From: a virus | Taxonomy: Duplodnaviria > Caudoviricetes | IMG/VR virus record: IMGVR_UViG_3300035670_000223 | Location: 1-60,740 of that record | Length of the DNA: 60,740 nt | Direction: 5' to 3' (one strand) | Shown: piece by piece, positions 45,093 to 56,052 of the stretch | Layout of the letters: the number at the start of each line of letters is the position of its first letter | Numbering within the stretch: the stretch's first letter is position 1 | Translations under genes and position numbers: made by a program | Notes under the pieces: generated by a model | What the model was told of the DNA's origin: nothing | What the model saw: only the letters and a program-made list of their open reading frames with translations | Databases searched by the model: none

Positions 45093-46336
45093 TTTTTATT
45101 GAAACACCCGATGAACTGGAAATATTAACAAATAAAAGAATAATTGTTGTACCAGTTGTCGATGGAAAACAGCATTTTATCTATGAAATGGCGGTTCTTA
45201 TATACATAATCGATGTGGATTCGCATGAAGAGTATGTTATAAATTTAACACATCCAGACTATACATCATATGCAGGGCCATTGCCAAATATGACAAACGC
45301 ATTTGTTTTGGGATTAAATAAAAAGTTCTTGTATCATAATAAAGTTGTAAGCGATAATTCAGTAGATTTAAATTTTTTTATTTACCCAGACAAACATAAA
45401 AAGTTTGATTTTTACGAATATATACCAAAGCCATATTTAATTTATCAAAATAGATTTGTTGAATGGAAAACATACCCATTATCTATTTTGATAAAGATGT
45501 GTAATGATGTTGCATTAGAGATGCTGGCATATGTGAATAAGTTTGACGATTATTTATTAGAAATTAAAAAATTTGATAACTTATACTATAATTCTTTATT
45601 TAAAACCGAAACAAATATATTTGAATTTGATAACGATGGTGTGTATTCTAATTATAATCCATACACCCTAACGAATAGACCATCGAATTCTTCGTTTGAT
45701 ATTAATCTGTCTGCGTTACCAAAAAAGGGAAATATTAGAGATAAAATTAAATCTTCTACCAATAAAAAATTGGTTCAATTTGATTATACGTCATTTCATG
45801 TTTACTTATTAACAAAAATGTTAAATTTTGAGTTGCCAAATAATATAGACATTTATTTATTTTTAAATGATGCTTATAATTTTTCATCCAAAACAGATAG
45901 AGATGAAATAAAAATGGATTTTTTCAAGTATATATACGGAAAAACAGAACACAACTCAGATTTATCTAATATCATTAGTGATTTTAAACATACTTTATTT
46001 GAGTATTATAAAAATAATGGTCATGTAATATCTTTTTTCTTAAAACGAAAGATATTTTTTAATAATCATGATATTGATCAAAGTAATAAGCTGTTTAATT
46101 ATTATTTACAAAATGCAGAAACGGAATACAATTTCTTAAAAATACAGGAAATCATTGAACGTATACCAAGTCAAGAAGCTAATCTATTTTTGTATACATT
46201 TGATAGCTTTTTATTTGAATTCAATGATAATAATCCAGATATAATTTATAAAATAAAACAGCTTTTAGAAAAAGATGGAATACCAGTAACCACTAAAGTT
46301 GGATCAACTTATGGTAATTTAATTGATATTTATTAA
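45089..46336 (+). CDS. Compact, divergent family A DNA polymerase-like protein
   Basis: TLTNRPSNSSFDINLSALP (cf. TGRLSS..PNLQNIP), motif A LVQFDYTSFH, motif B RDEIKMDFFKYIYG, NYYLQNAETE (cf. N..IQGSAAD), motif C LYTFDSFLFE. Confidence 0.75.
   Translation: MIFIETPDELEILTNKRIIVVPVVDGKQHFIYEMAVLIYIIDVDSHEEYVINLTHPDYTSYAGPLPNMTNAFVLGLNKKFLYHNKVVSDNSVDLNFFIYPDKHKKFDFYEYIPKPYLIYQNRFVEWKTYPLSILIKMCNDVALEMLAYVNKFDDYLLEIKKFDNLYYNSLFKTETNIFEFDNDGVYSNYNPYTLTNRPSNSSFDINLSALPKKGNIRDKIKSSTNKKLVQFDYTSFHVYLLTKMLNFELPNNIDIYLFLNDAYNFSSKTDRDEIKMDFFKYIYGKTEHNSDLSNIISDFKHTLFEYYKNNGHVISFFLKRKIFFNNHDIDQSNKLFNYYLQNAETEYNFLKIQEIIERIPSQEANLFLYTFDSFLFEFNDNNPDIIYKIKQLLEKDGIPVTTKVGSTYGNLIDIY
46326..46334 (+). promoter_or_regulatory. 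Putative late promoter motif ATATTTATT
   Basis: At the 3' end of the PolA-like gene, 28 nt upstream of ATG 46362. Confidence 0.5.
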
Positions 46337-46361
46337 TAATAAGTTTAATATTGGTATTCAA

Positions 46362-48125
46362 ATGCAAAATGATCAAAAACAAATAATAGAATTAATAACA
46401 GAAAACATATTAAATGAAGTTTTAGGCGTAGACCCAAACTCGCTTGAGTTTGATTTTATGGTTGAAAAGATTTTAATCAATTGTGGATTGGAAGAGAAAT
46501 ATGTTTTTGAATTAATTAATACTTTGAAAAAATCATTAAATGAAACAAAAAATTATAATAATATTTTTATTAAAAAAGAGATTAGTAATTTTGTAGATAT
46601 TGTTTTTGAAGAAAAAAGACAGGTAGATAAAATTGCAGTAAGAAACAAGCAGTCTGGTGCAATTCAATTGGTATCGAAAAAAACATATCAAGCAAATTCA
46701 CAGATTTATACTCCGTTGTCTGCTGGGTGGGCTAAAGCAAATGTCATAATGGTTAGAAATAAAACCAGTGGTGAAGAATACCCCATCTTATTAAAGAACT
46801 TTGATTCAAATAAACATGAAAAAGTAGGAACGGGACGACCGCCAGAAGAAAAAGAAAAGGAAGCACCGTTGCAGGCTAAACCCGCCGTGCCTGTTCCTAA
46901 TCGAAAAGATAAAAAACAAAAAGACGCAGAACTGCCTAAAAAATCAAAGGATACGGTTAGACCGATTATGATTGAGCCTAGTTTAAAGGCAAAAACAATG
47001 ACAGCATTCATACTTCCAAAAGATATAAGTAAGCAACAAACCCCACCAGAATTCCCAGAAAAAGAAAGTGATATAATATCAAAAGTAAATCAATCTATAA
47101 AAGATAAAAAACTAAATAAAAATCTTCCATTGGAACGCCCATCCTTCAAGTATGCTGGGGATGACGGTGATTATGAAATATACGATAAACTGGGAGATTC
47201 TGGTCTTTTACCACCGGGCTTTAATTTAAATAAACGATATACTATACCCAATAGTTTAACGAATAAAATTAAAATACCACGTGGTTATGTTACAATAATA
47301 GAACAATTAATTAACACTATAAATGGGGAAAATACAACAATTGGATCATATAGCATTCCATTTGCAATTAAAACAAACCCAAATGCAAAACTATCGCTAT
47401 TTGAGCTAATACTGTTATATTCAGTATGCTTAGATAATGAAGATTTTTCAAAATTTTCAATTTCAATTGAAACGTTTATTAATTCTGGAATTGAAAGTAA
47501 TTTAACAAAAGAATTATGGGATAGTGTTATAGCAGAAAGAAAGTTAATTATAAACTATCTGATAAAAAAGTATTCGTCAATTTATACCATCGTTGCCGGT
47601 GCATGGAAAACAGAGGACCATCAGCTAGATCTAGGAATAGATGATTCAGAAATTGATATGGATAAAGTGTCAGATATTTTTCTTAGGATAAAAAATGAAG
47701 AAGGATCAGATATTTTAGAAGAATTTTTAGTTACTCCAAATAGATCTACGTTAATTTATTTAGACAAACCACAATTCGTAAAATATATAAAAGTTAAAAA
47801 AGAAAATATAAAAGCAAAATTATTAATGTTTATTTTAAAAATGTTTCCACTTCAACGTATATTAGAAGGTAATATAGCCGTTGTATTTCCAAATGTTATA
47901 TATGACAACATTACATTAATCGAACTTTTTAAAACACAATCCGTAGACAATCTTGAATTAAAATTAAAACATGCTGATAAGCAAATACATTTAATGTATA
48001 AACTGGAAGAACAGTATAAGAATATAATTTCAATTATGATCGATGACATCATTAATTTAAAAATTGATGACGCATTTGAAAAAGACTGTATTACAATTAA
48101 CAATAAAATTTATAAAATAGACTAA
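46362..48125 (+). CDS. Hypothetical protein, candidate head internal protein
   Basis: ATG 46362 is in frame with ORF 46323..48125. The N-terminal region has repeated (I/L)xE sites (IIE, ITE, LNE), two short VRNKxSG repeats and a Pro/Lys linker. Confidence 0.7.
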   Translation: MQNDQKQIIELITENILNEVLGVDPNSLEFDFMVEKILINCGLEEKYVFELINTLKKSLNETKNYNNIFIKKEISNFVDIVFEEKRQVDKIAVRNKQSGAIQLVSKKTYQANSQIYTPLSAGWAKANVIMVRNKTSGEEYPILLKNFDSNKHEKVGTGRPPEEKEKEAPLQAKPAVPVPNRKDKKQKDAELPKKSKDTVRPIMIEPSLKAKTMTAFILPKDISKQQTPPEFPEKESDIISKVNQSIKDKKLNKNLPLERPSFKYAGDDGDYEIYDKLGDSGLLPPGFNLNKRYTIPNSLTNKIKIPRGYVTIIEQLINTINGENTTIGSYSIPFAIKTNPNAKLSLFELILLYSVCLDNEDFSKFSISIETFINSGIESNLTKELWDSVIAERKLIINYLIKKYSSIYTIVAGAWKTEDHQLDLGIDDSEIDMDKVSDIFLRIKNEEGSDILEEFLVTPNRSTLIYLDKPQFVKYIKVKKENIKAKLLMFILKMFPLQRILEGNIAVVFPNVIYDNITLIELFKTQSVDNLELKLKHADKQIHLMYKLEEQYKNIISIMIDDIINLKIDDAFEKDCITINNKIYKID

Positions 48126-48139
48126 TCTGAGGTAAATAT

Positions 48140-48532
48140 GTGAAAGGTATATTATTATGTACGTTTGTTCGCGGATACGCCATAAATTCTGTAATTGATG
48201 ATCTGTTATATGAGTATGGCGATCTTTTTGATAACAACAAAATTTTTTTATTTGCAACTGATGACAAAAATCGTTATATTTTATCTTACAATCTTTTAGT
48301 AGACAGAGAAATACAATTTTATAATAATACGGTGTTGGTTCACCGAAAAAAAGAAACAAATACAATGTATACTATAAACGCAATAAACGAACTTATAAAA
48401 AATTTGAATAATGGTATACTTGATAAAAGTTATAAAATAGACTGGGAATTATATAAAAATTCATTGCTTGTCTCTAATAATGGAAATTTTAGGACAATTC
48501 CCACACAATTGAAAAAAATTTACAATATTTAA
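48140..48532 (+). CDS. Hypothetical protein
   Basis: GTG start with SD gaggt; LLCTF...HRKKETNTMYTINAIN...IDW. Confidence 0.8.
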   Translation: MKGILLCTFVRGYAINSVIDDLLYEYGDLFDNNKIFLFATDDKNRYILSYNLLVDREIQFYNNTVLVHRKKETNTMYTINAINELIKNLNNGILDKSYKIDWELYKNSLLVSNNGNFRTIPTQLKKIYNI

Positions 48533-48533
48533 T

Positions 48534-48562
48534 TTGCATATTTAGGCCAAATTTATTATTAT
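48534..48562 (+). promoter_or_regulatory. Sigma70-like promoter upstream of ssb
   Basis: TTGCAT-N17-TATTAT. Confidence 0.6.
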
Positions 48563-48604
48563 CGTTAACACAAACAACAGTTATTTTTAAGTAAGGAGTT
48601 TTTT

Positions 48605-49396
48605 ATGGCTATCAATTTAGATTCAATAAAGAATCGATTGCAAACGTTGCAAGATCAAACGTCGGATAAGACGGAAAAGAAATCAACGTTGGACGACATC
48701 TGGAAACCAGAAGTTGGACAACACCAAGTTAGGATTGTACCATACGCCCATAATAAAGAAAATCCATTTATTGAAATGTATTTTCATTATAATTTAGGAA
48801 AGCGCACATTTCTTTCCCCTGCAACTTACGGAAACCCCGATCCTGTTGTTGAATTTGCGCAAAAATTACAAGGTAAGGGCACAAAAGAAGATTGGGTTGC
48901 TGGTAAAAAACTAGAACCAAAACTTCGTGTTTATGCACCGGTAATAGTTAGAGGAGAAGAAGATAAAGGCGTTAGGTTCTGGGGGTTTGGTATTACTGTA
49001 TATCAAGAATTGCTTTCATATATATCAGATTCTGATTACGGTGATATCACCGATCCATTAAATGGAAGGGATATCGTATTGGATGTACAGCCACCAGAAA
49101 AAACAGGCAAAAAATTTCCAACAACTGCAATACGTATAAAACCAAACACATCTAAAGTCTCTGAAGACCCTTCTGTAATCAGTTCAATTAAAAATCAAAA
49201 AAATATAACTGAAATATTTTCAGAACCATCTTACGATGAATTAAGCCAAGCACTTGAAAAATATCTCTTCCCAGAACAGGAATCTGAAGTACAGACTGAT
49301 TATTCAACTTCCATTGCATCGGAATCAACACAATCTACAAAATCAACTGTAGATCAAATAGAGCAGCAATGGAAAGAATTATTTGACGAAGAATAA
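48605..49396 (+). CDS. Single-stranded DNA-binding protein (gp32-like)
   Basis: WKPEVG..QVRIVP, GVRFWGFG..VYQEL, DITDPLNGRDI and an acidic tail ELFDEE. Confidence 0.88.
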   Translation: MAINLDSIKNRLQTLQDQTSDKTEKKSTLDDIWKPEVGQHQVRIVPYAHNKENPFIEMYFHYNLGKRTFLSPATYGNPDPVVEFAQKLQGKGTKEDWVAGKKLEPKLRVYAPVIVRGEEDKGVRFWGFGITVYQELLSYISDSDYGDITDPLNGRDIVLDVQPPEKTGKKFPTTAIRIKPNTSKVSEDPSVISSIKNQKNITEIFSEPSYDELSQALEKYLFPEQESEVQTDYSTSIASESTQSTKSTVDQIEQQWKELFDEE

Positions 49397-49407
49397 GGGA
49401 GTTTTAA

Positions 49408-50559
49408 ATGGCAAAAACAAAAACAACTTCAGAAGTATCTGAAGACTTAGGCGCACTGTTGGCCGATACATTGAATAAAAAATTCAAAGAAAGTTCATTT
49501 AAAACAGCTTATTTTTTAGAAGGCGATCCAGACGCACCAGTTCACGTAAACGAATTTGTTTCAACCGGTTCTTCTATTTTGGATTTGGCAATATCAAATA
49601 AAAAAGATGGTGGATTTCCAGTGGGCCGTATTACCGAAATAACAGGGTTGGAGCAAAGCGGTAAATCTTTACTTGCTGCTCATGCGATAGCAAACACACA
49701 GAAAAAGGGTGGTATGGCTATATTCATTGATACTGAAAACGCATTCCCGCCTGAATTTTTTACGGCGATTGGAATCGATTTGAAAAAAATGCTTTACATA
49801 CCGATGGATACCGTTGAAGATATATTTGAAGCAATAGAAACAATGGTAGAAAAAGTACGAGCGTCTGACAAAAAAAAATTGGTTACAATTGTTGTTGATT
49901 CGGTTGCTGGTGCATCTACAAAGCAAGAAATGGAATCCGATTTTGAAAAAGATGGCTATGCAACAGCAAAGGCAATCATAATTTCTAAAGCTATGCGAAA
50001 AATTACCAATTTAATTGGAAGAGAGCGAATTTGTTTGATTTTTACAAATCAGCTTAGAACAAAGATGGGCGTTAGCTTTGGTGATCCGTACACAACTTCA
50101 GGTGGAAAGGCAATTGCATATCACTCAAGTGTTCGTCTTAGATTAAAAAATATTGGAAATATCAAGGCAAAACTAAACGGTGTTGAGCAAATTGTTGGTA
50201 AAAAAACTTCTGCAAATGTTGTAAAAAATAGACTAGGCCCACCTGAACGCGGGTGTGACTACGAAGTATTTTATGCATCCGGTATAGATAACTATAATAG
50301 TTGGTTAGGAGTATTAAAAGAATACAAACTAGTAAACCAAGCCGGGGCATGGTATTCATATATCAATAAGATTTCAGGTGAAGAAATAAAATTTCAAGCA
50401 AAAGATTTTAAAAATCTTATATTAAACGATCAACAATTGTATGACACAATTTATGATGAAATATGTGAACATCTTATAATGAAATATGAAACATCTGCGT
50501 CTCTTTTAGAACTGGATGATGTTATTACCGATACGGCAGATGTAGATGAGCTTTCGTAA
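49408..50559 (+). CDS. uvsX: RecA/UvsX-family recombinase
   Basis: STGSSILD, GRITEITGLEQSGKS, FIDTE, VVDSVA, FTNQLR, TTSGGKAI, VVKNRLGPP and GAWY. Confidence 0.95.
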   Translation: MAKTKTTSEVSEDLGALLADTLNKKFKESSFKTAYFLEGDPDAPVHVNEFVSTGSSILDLAISNKKDGGFPVGRITEITGLEQSGKSLLAAHAIANTQKKGGMAIFIDTENAFPPEFFTAIGIDLKKMLYIPMDTVEDIFEAIETMVEKVRASDKKKLVTIVVDSVAGASTKQEMESDFEKDGYATAKAIIISKAMRKITNLIGRERICLIFTNQLRTKMGVSFGDPYTTSGGKAIAYHSSVRLRLKNIGNIKAKLNGVEQIVGKKTSANVVKNRLGPPERGCDYEVFYASGIDNYNSWLGVLKEYKLVNQAGAWYSYINKISGEEIKFQAKDFKNLILNDQQLYDTIYDEICEHLIMKYETSASLLELDDVITDTADVDELS

Positions 50560-51587
50560 TGAATAAAAAGTATTCAGAGTTATTTAAACAGGTAAAAGAA
50601 GAGCATTCAAATAGAGCCAACTTAAATAAGAATAGTAAAGTTCTTATAATAGATGGCATGAATACCTACATAAGAACCTTTTCTGCTAGTCCTGCATTAA
50701 ATGATAATGGCGAACACGTGGGTGGGTATTATGGTTTTATTAATGTTTTAAAAAATATAATAAAACTTATAAATCCCACCCGCGTTATTATAGTTTTTGA
50801 TGGAAAAGGCGGATCTCAGAAAAGAAAAAAAATTTACGCTAATTACAAAGAAGGCCGCGCAATTAAGAATAAGTTAAACAGGGTTTTAGAATTAGATGTA
50901 AACGATGAACAAAAAATCTTAAAACTCCAATTTATACGTCTTTTGGAATATCTAGAATGCCTTCCCATAACTATAATGTCTTATGATTATATAGAGGCAG
51001 ACGATGTCATTGCTTTTTTAGCAACAGAATGTTTAAAAGAAGAAGTTATTATCTATTCAAACGATAAGGATTATTATCAACTTATAAATGACCGCATCTC
51101 AGTATATTTCCCAGCAAAAACAAAACTTTATACAAAGACAGATATAATAACAGAGTATAATATTTTGCCAGAAAATTTTATATGGCAAAAAGTTATTTTG
51201 GGAGATAAGTCAGACAATGTAAAAGGAATAAGGGGAGTTGGTATTGGGAAGTTTAATCTAGCATTTTCTTTTTTAAAAGAGAAAATCTATTCTTTGGATG
51301 AATTTAAGGAAATACTTCTCGAATCAGATAGTAAAATTTTGAACAAAGTAAAAAATTCAATTGACATTGTTGAGAGAAACTATTATATTATGCAGTTGTC
51401 TGATGTTGACATTAGTGGCAACACAAAATCAAAAATAATAAATTTATTAGATGGTGAACCACCACAGCTAAATAAACCCAAGTTAAAAACGCTAATGATA
51501 ACAGATAAGCTAAATTCATTAATAAAAAATTATGAAATATGGATTTCAAACGCATTCGATAAACTAAACTACTATAGGAATAAATAA
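50559..51587 (+). CDS. 5'-3' exonuclease / flap endonuclease (T4 RNase H / PolI N-domain-like)
   Basis: LIIDGMN, VFDG, YKEGR, EADDVIA, SNDKDYYQL and GDKSDNVKGIRGVG. Confidence 0.93.
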   Translation: MNKKYSELFKQVKEEHSNRANLNKNSKVLIIDGMNTYIRTFSASPALNDNGEHVGGYYGFINVLKNIIKLINPTRVIIVFDGKGGSQKRKKIYANYKEGRAIKNKLNRVLELDVNDEQKILKLQFIRLLEYLECLPITIMSYDYIEADDVIAFLATECLKEEVIIYSNDKDYYQLINDRISVYFPAKTKLYTKTDIITEYNILPENFIWQKVILGDKSDNVKGIRGVGIGKFNLAFSFLKEKIYSLDEFKEILLESDSKILNKVKNSIDIVERNYYIMQLSDVDISGNTKSKIINLLDGEPPQLNKPKLKTLMITDKLNSLIKNYEIWISNAFDKLNYYRNK

Positions 51588-52936
51588 TGACAGACAGATT
51601 AGATAGTTATGGCTATAACTTTCAGATTAAAATCATCACATGTCTATTAAAAGACCGTGCATTTTTACATCAAGTTAGTGATGTTCTTAACCCAAATTAC
51701 TTTGAATCTGAAGCTACCAACTGGATTGTTAGAACCATATTAAACTACTGGGATGCATACCGAAATTCACCAACAATTGAAGTTTTAAAAGTAGAGATAG
51801 AAAAAATAGATTTAGACATTTTAAAAATAGAAGTAAAAGATAAGGTAAAGGATGCTGTCAAAAATTTTGACGCAACTGATCTGGATTATGTTAAACAGCA
51901 AACACTAGATTTTTGCAAAAATCAAACTTTAAAAAAAGCAATTTTAGATTCAGTTGATCTTCTTAAAACTGGTGAATACGATAAAATCAAATATAAAATA
52001 GATAATGCAATACGTTCTGGAACAGACAGAAATTTGGGCCACATTTATTCAAAAGAAATAGATGATCGGTATTCACAGTATGCAAGAAGTCCACTTTCAA
52101 CTGGATGGGATCTGCTTGATAAATTGATGGATGGTGGCCTTGGCAAAGGCGAGCTTGGCGCGGTTATGGCCCCGGCTGGTATTGGAAAAAGCTGGATGCT
52201 TGTTAGTATAGCGGCCAACGCTGTAAAACATGGAAAAACTGTTATTTATTATACAATGGAATTGAACCCGTATTATGTTGGACAACGATTTGACGCTTGG
52301 TTTACAGGCGTCCCGTTTCAAAACTTGAAAGATGACTCAAACAGAGAACGGTTAAACAGTATCATTGGTAATATAAATGGCGAATTAATTGTAAAATATT
52401 ACCCAACTAAAAGCCCAACCGTATCAACAATTTCAGCGCATATCGAAAAATGCATTATGCAAGAAAAAAAGCCAGATCTTATTATAGTAGATTATGCCGA
52501 TCTCATGAGAGCTTCTTCTGGGGTGTCTGATTCAGAATCTGAATCAAATCAAATATATGTAGAATTGCGCGGGTTAGCCGGTGAATACGATATACCAGTA
52601 TGGACGGCTTCTCAGACAAATAGGGGCGGTTTAAAAGAAGATGTAATTGGGGGTGATAACATTGCATCGTCATATAGAAAGCTGGCTCATAGCGATTTTA
52701 TGATGTCTTTAAGCAGAAAAATAGAAGATAAGGTTTCTGGAACAGGTAGAATTCACATAATAAAAAATAGATTTGGTGCGGATGGAATCACTTTCCCAAG
52801 TAAAATAAATACGTTTAATGGTCACATTGAATTATTTGAACCGAACAGTGAAGCCAGTAGAGATATGCAACCTGCGAGTCAAGAAGAAATAGTTAGAAAA
52901 TCTTTAGCTGAAAAATTTAAAGCACTTAAATCATAA
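51587..52936 (+). CDS. Replicative DnaB-like helicase (gp41-like)
   Basis: APAGIGKS, YYTME, IVDYAD, WTASQTNR and KNRFG. Confidence 0.94.
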   Translation: MTDRLDSYGYNFQIKIITCLLKDRAFLHQVSDVLNPNYFESEATNWIVRTILNYWDAYRNSPTIEVLKVEIEKIDLDILKIEVKDKVKDAVKNFDATDLDYVKQQTLDFCKNQTLKKAILDSVDLLKTGEYDKIKYKIDNAIRSGTDRNLGHIYSKEIDDRYSQYARSPLSTGWDLLDKLMDGGLGKGELGAVMAPAGIGKSWMLVSIAANAVKHGKTVIYYTMELNPYYVGQRFDAWFTGVPFQNLKDDSNRERLNSIIGNINGELIVKYYPTKSPTVSTISAHIEKCIMQEKKPDLIIVDYADLMRASSGVSDSESESNQIYVELRGLAGEYDIPVWTASQTNRGGLKEDVIGGDNIASSYRKLAHSDFMMSLSRKIEDKVSGTGRIHIIKNRFGADGITFPSKINTFNGHIELFEPNSEASRDMQPASQEEIVRKSLAEKFKALKS

Positions 52937-53019
52937 ATCGCCTATTTTTTACAAAAAAATTACATAGTTATAGTTTACAATGAGATTTTTAATAAAAAAA
53001 CCCGTATTTAGGAGAAAAA

Positions 53020-54876
53020 ATGGAATTAAGCAATAAAATTTTATCCGATATAACAGTATATATGAAATATGCAAGATTTATACCGGAATTAAATAGAAGG
53101 GAAACGTGGGAAGAATTAGTTACTAGAAATAAAGAAATGCATCAAAGAAAGTACCCGCAGCTTAAGGATGAGATAGAATCTGTTTATAAATTTGTTTATG
53201 AGAAAAAGGTACTTCCTTCAATGCGCTCTTTACAATTTGGTGGCAAACCGATTGAAATAAGCCCAAATAGAGTTTACAATTGTGCGTATTTACCAATTGA
53301 TGACTGGAGGGCATTTGGAGAAGTTATGTTTCTTTTGCTGGGTGGTACTGGGGTTGGATATTCTGTTCAAAAACACCATATCGAAAAACTTCCAGAAATC
53401 CGTAAACCAAAGGCAGATAGAGAAAGAAGATTCTTAGTTTCTGATTCTATTGAAGGCTGGGCAGATGCCGTAAAAGCAGTTATTAAATCATACTTTACAG
53501 GTGGGTCATCATTAAGATTCGATTATTCTGATATACGTCCAAAGGGGTCACGTCTTATAACGTCAGGTGGAAAAGCACCGGGACCAGAGCCATTGCGCAT
53601 TTGCATTGAAAAAATAAGATCCATATTAGATTCAAAAAAAGATGGTGAAAAATTATCTCCAATTCAAGTTCATGACATGATCTGTCATATTGCAGATGCA
53701 GTTCTTGCAGGTGGTATCCGCCGTGCTGCTCTTATCTCCCTTTTCTCGGCAGATGATGACGAAATGGTTTCTTGTAAATTTGGTGCATGGTGGGAACTAA
53801 ATCCTCAGCGCGGGCGAGCAAACAATTCAGCTGTATTACTCCGCAGCAAAGTAACCGAAGAATTTTTTAAGGGACTTTGGAAGAAGATTGAACTCTCAAA
53901 TGCAGGTGAGCCAGGAATTTACTTTTCTAATGATAAGGACTGGGGAACAAATCCCTGCTGCGAAATAGGTCTTCGTCCTTTCCAGTTTTGTAATTTGTGC
54001 GAAGTAAATGTTTCAGATGTTGCGGATCAGCAAGACTTAGAAGACAGAGTTCGTGCAGCAACATTTATTGGAACACTTCAAGCTGGATATACTGACTTCC
54101 ATTACCTTCGTCCAATTTGGCAAAGAACAACAGAAAAGGATGCTCTGTTGGGTGTTGGTATGACCGGAATAGGATCGGGGGCTGTCCAGAAGTTAGACGT
54201 AAAGGCAGCGGCTAGGGTTGCAAAGGAAGAAAACGAACGAGTGGCAAACATGCTAGGAATCAACAAAGCAGCTCGTATAACAACCATCAAACCAGCGGGC
54301 ACGTCGTCTCTTACGCTTGGATCATCGTCGGGAATTCACGCATGGCATAACGATTATTATCTTCGTCGTATTCGCGTTGGGAAAAATGAAGCCATTTATC
54401 CTTTCTTAAAAGAACATCACCCAGAGTTAGTAGAAGATGAATACTTCCGTCCACATGATACTGCTGTTATTGGTGTTCCACAGAAAGCACCAGAAGGCTC
54501 TATATTACGCACAGAATCGCCATTACAGCTTCTTGAAAGGGTTAAATGGTTCAGTCAACATTGGATAAAGCCGGGCCATCGAAGCGGCATGAATACGCAT
54601 AACATTTCTGCAACAGTTTCAATTCGCGAACACGAGTGGGACGCCGTTGGAAAATGGATGTGGGAAAACAGAGAATTTTATAATGGTCTTTCTGTTCTTA
54701 ATTACGATGGGGGCTCTTACACGCAAGCCCCGTTTGAAGATATTACAAAAGATGAGTATGATCGTTTAATGAACGCATTAAAGGGCGTTGATCTGAGTAA
54801 TGTTATTGAAATGGATGATAATACTGATTTAACTGGCGAACTAGCGTGTGCTGGGGGTGCCTGCGAAATCCGCTAA
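53020..54876 (+). CDS. nrdJ: Class II (adenosylcobalamin-dependent) ribonucleotide reductase
   Basis: KYAR...RRETWEE, PSMRSLQ, YNCAY, GTGVG, GGIRRAALI, TNPCCEI, FCNL, TTIKPAGT, QAPFE and C-terminal CAGGACEI; no R2 subunit gene adjacent. Confidence 0.93.
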   Translation: MELSNKILSDITVYMKYARFIPELNRRETWEELVTRNKEMHQRKYPQLKDEIESVYKFVYEKKVLPSMRSLQFGGKPIEISPNRVYNCAYLPIDDWRAFGEVMFLLLGGTGVGYSVQKHHIEKLPEIRKPKADRERRFLVSDSIEGWADAVKAVIKSYFTGGSSLRFDYSDIRPKGSRLITSGGKAPGPEPLRICIEKIRSILDSKKDGEKLSPIQVHDMICHIADAVLAGGIRRAALISLFSADDDEMVSCKFGAWWELNPQRGRANNSAVLLRSKVTEEFFKGLWKKIELSNAGEPGIYFSNDKDWGTNPCCEIGLRPFQFCNLCEVNVSDVADQQDLEDRVRAATFIGTLQAGYTDFHYLRPIWQRTTEKDALLGVGMTGIGSGAVQKLDVKAAARVAKEENERVANMLGINKAARITTIKPAGTSSLTLGSSSGIHAWHNDYYLRRIRVGKNEAIYPFLKEHHPELVEDEYFRPHDTAVIGVPQKAPEGSILRTESPLQLLERVKWFSQHWIKPGHRSGMNTHNISATVSIREHEWDAVGKWMWENREFYNGLSVLNYDGGSYTQAPFEDITKDEYDRLMNALKGVDLSNVIEMDDNTDLTGELACAGGACEIR

Positions 54877-54911
54877 ACAATTTTATTTATTATTATATAA
54901 TGGAGTTTAAT

Positions 54912-55160
54912 ATGAGTTATAATGATGTTAGAGAAATGATTGATACACTTGAGCAAGAAAATAAAAAGCTTAGAAAAATTGCCCATGAGTTATATAACAT
55001 GACACGAGAATTTTTAGAGGAGTCTGGTTTAGACACAATAAATGCGTATGGGTATGATGGCACTCATTTGCAAAGACAAGGACGGGCAGTAACTGATAGA
55101 GCATATAGAGTGTTATATACTGAGAATAAAATGATTCCACAGACTGAAAAAATGATTTAA
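54912..55160 (+). CDS. Hypothetical protein
   Basis: ATG 54912 has SD ggag and is in frame with ORF 54846..55160. Confidence 0.7.
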   Translation: MSYNDVREMIDTLEQENKKLRKIAHELYNMTREFLEESGLDTINAYGYDGTHLQRQGRAVTDRAYRVLYTENKMIPQTEKMI

Positions 55161-55181
55161 TAACAATTAAGGATATATACA

Positions 55182-55364
55182 ATGACAAAAGAACAACTTT
55201 ATACTCAAATGAAAGAATTGTTTCAAGAGTTTGACAGAGCACACAATTCAACAAAGAAAAAAGATGCCGCTGCTGCACGTAAAGCTGCCGGTGCATTTAA
55301 AAAGCTAGTCACGCCATATAATCAAGCATCTGTTGCTGAGGCAAAAGCTGCAAAAGGCGAGTAA
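55182..55364 (+). CDS. Small basic Hc1 (histone H1-like)-type protein
   Basis: 60 aa, Lys/Ala-rich; KKKDAAAARKAAGAFKKL resembles the Hc1 pattern (K..AA..ARKA...L.KL). Confidence 0.6.
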   Translation: MTKEQLYTQMKELFQEFDRAHNSTKKKDAAAARKAAGAFKKLVTPYNQASVAEAKAAKGE

Positions 55365-55395
55365 TATAATTTATTAATTTATTTGGAGATTAGTT

Positions 55396-56052
<657 letters not shown>

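Noticed and set aside
53020-54876. Higher GC of nrdJ as evidence of recent horizontal transfer
   Set aside because: The MCP gene shows a similar shift, so amino-acid composition or expression-linked codon bias explains it equally well; not quantified.
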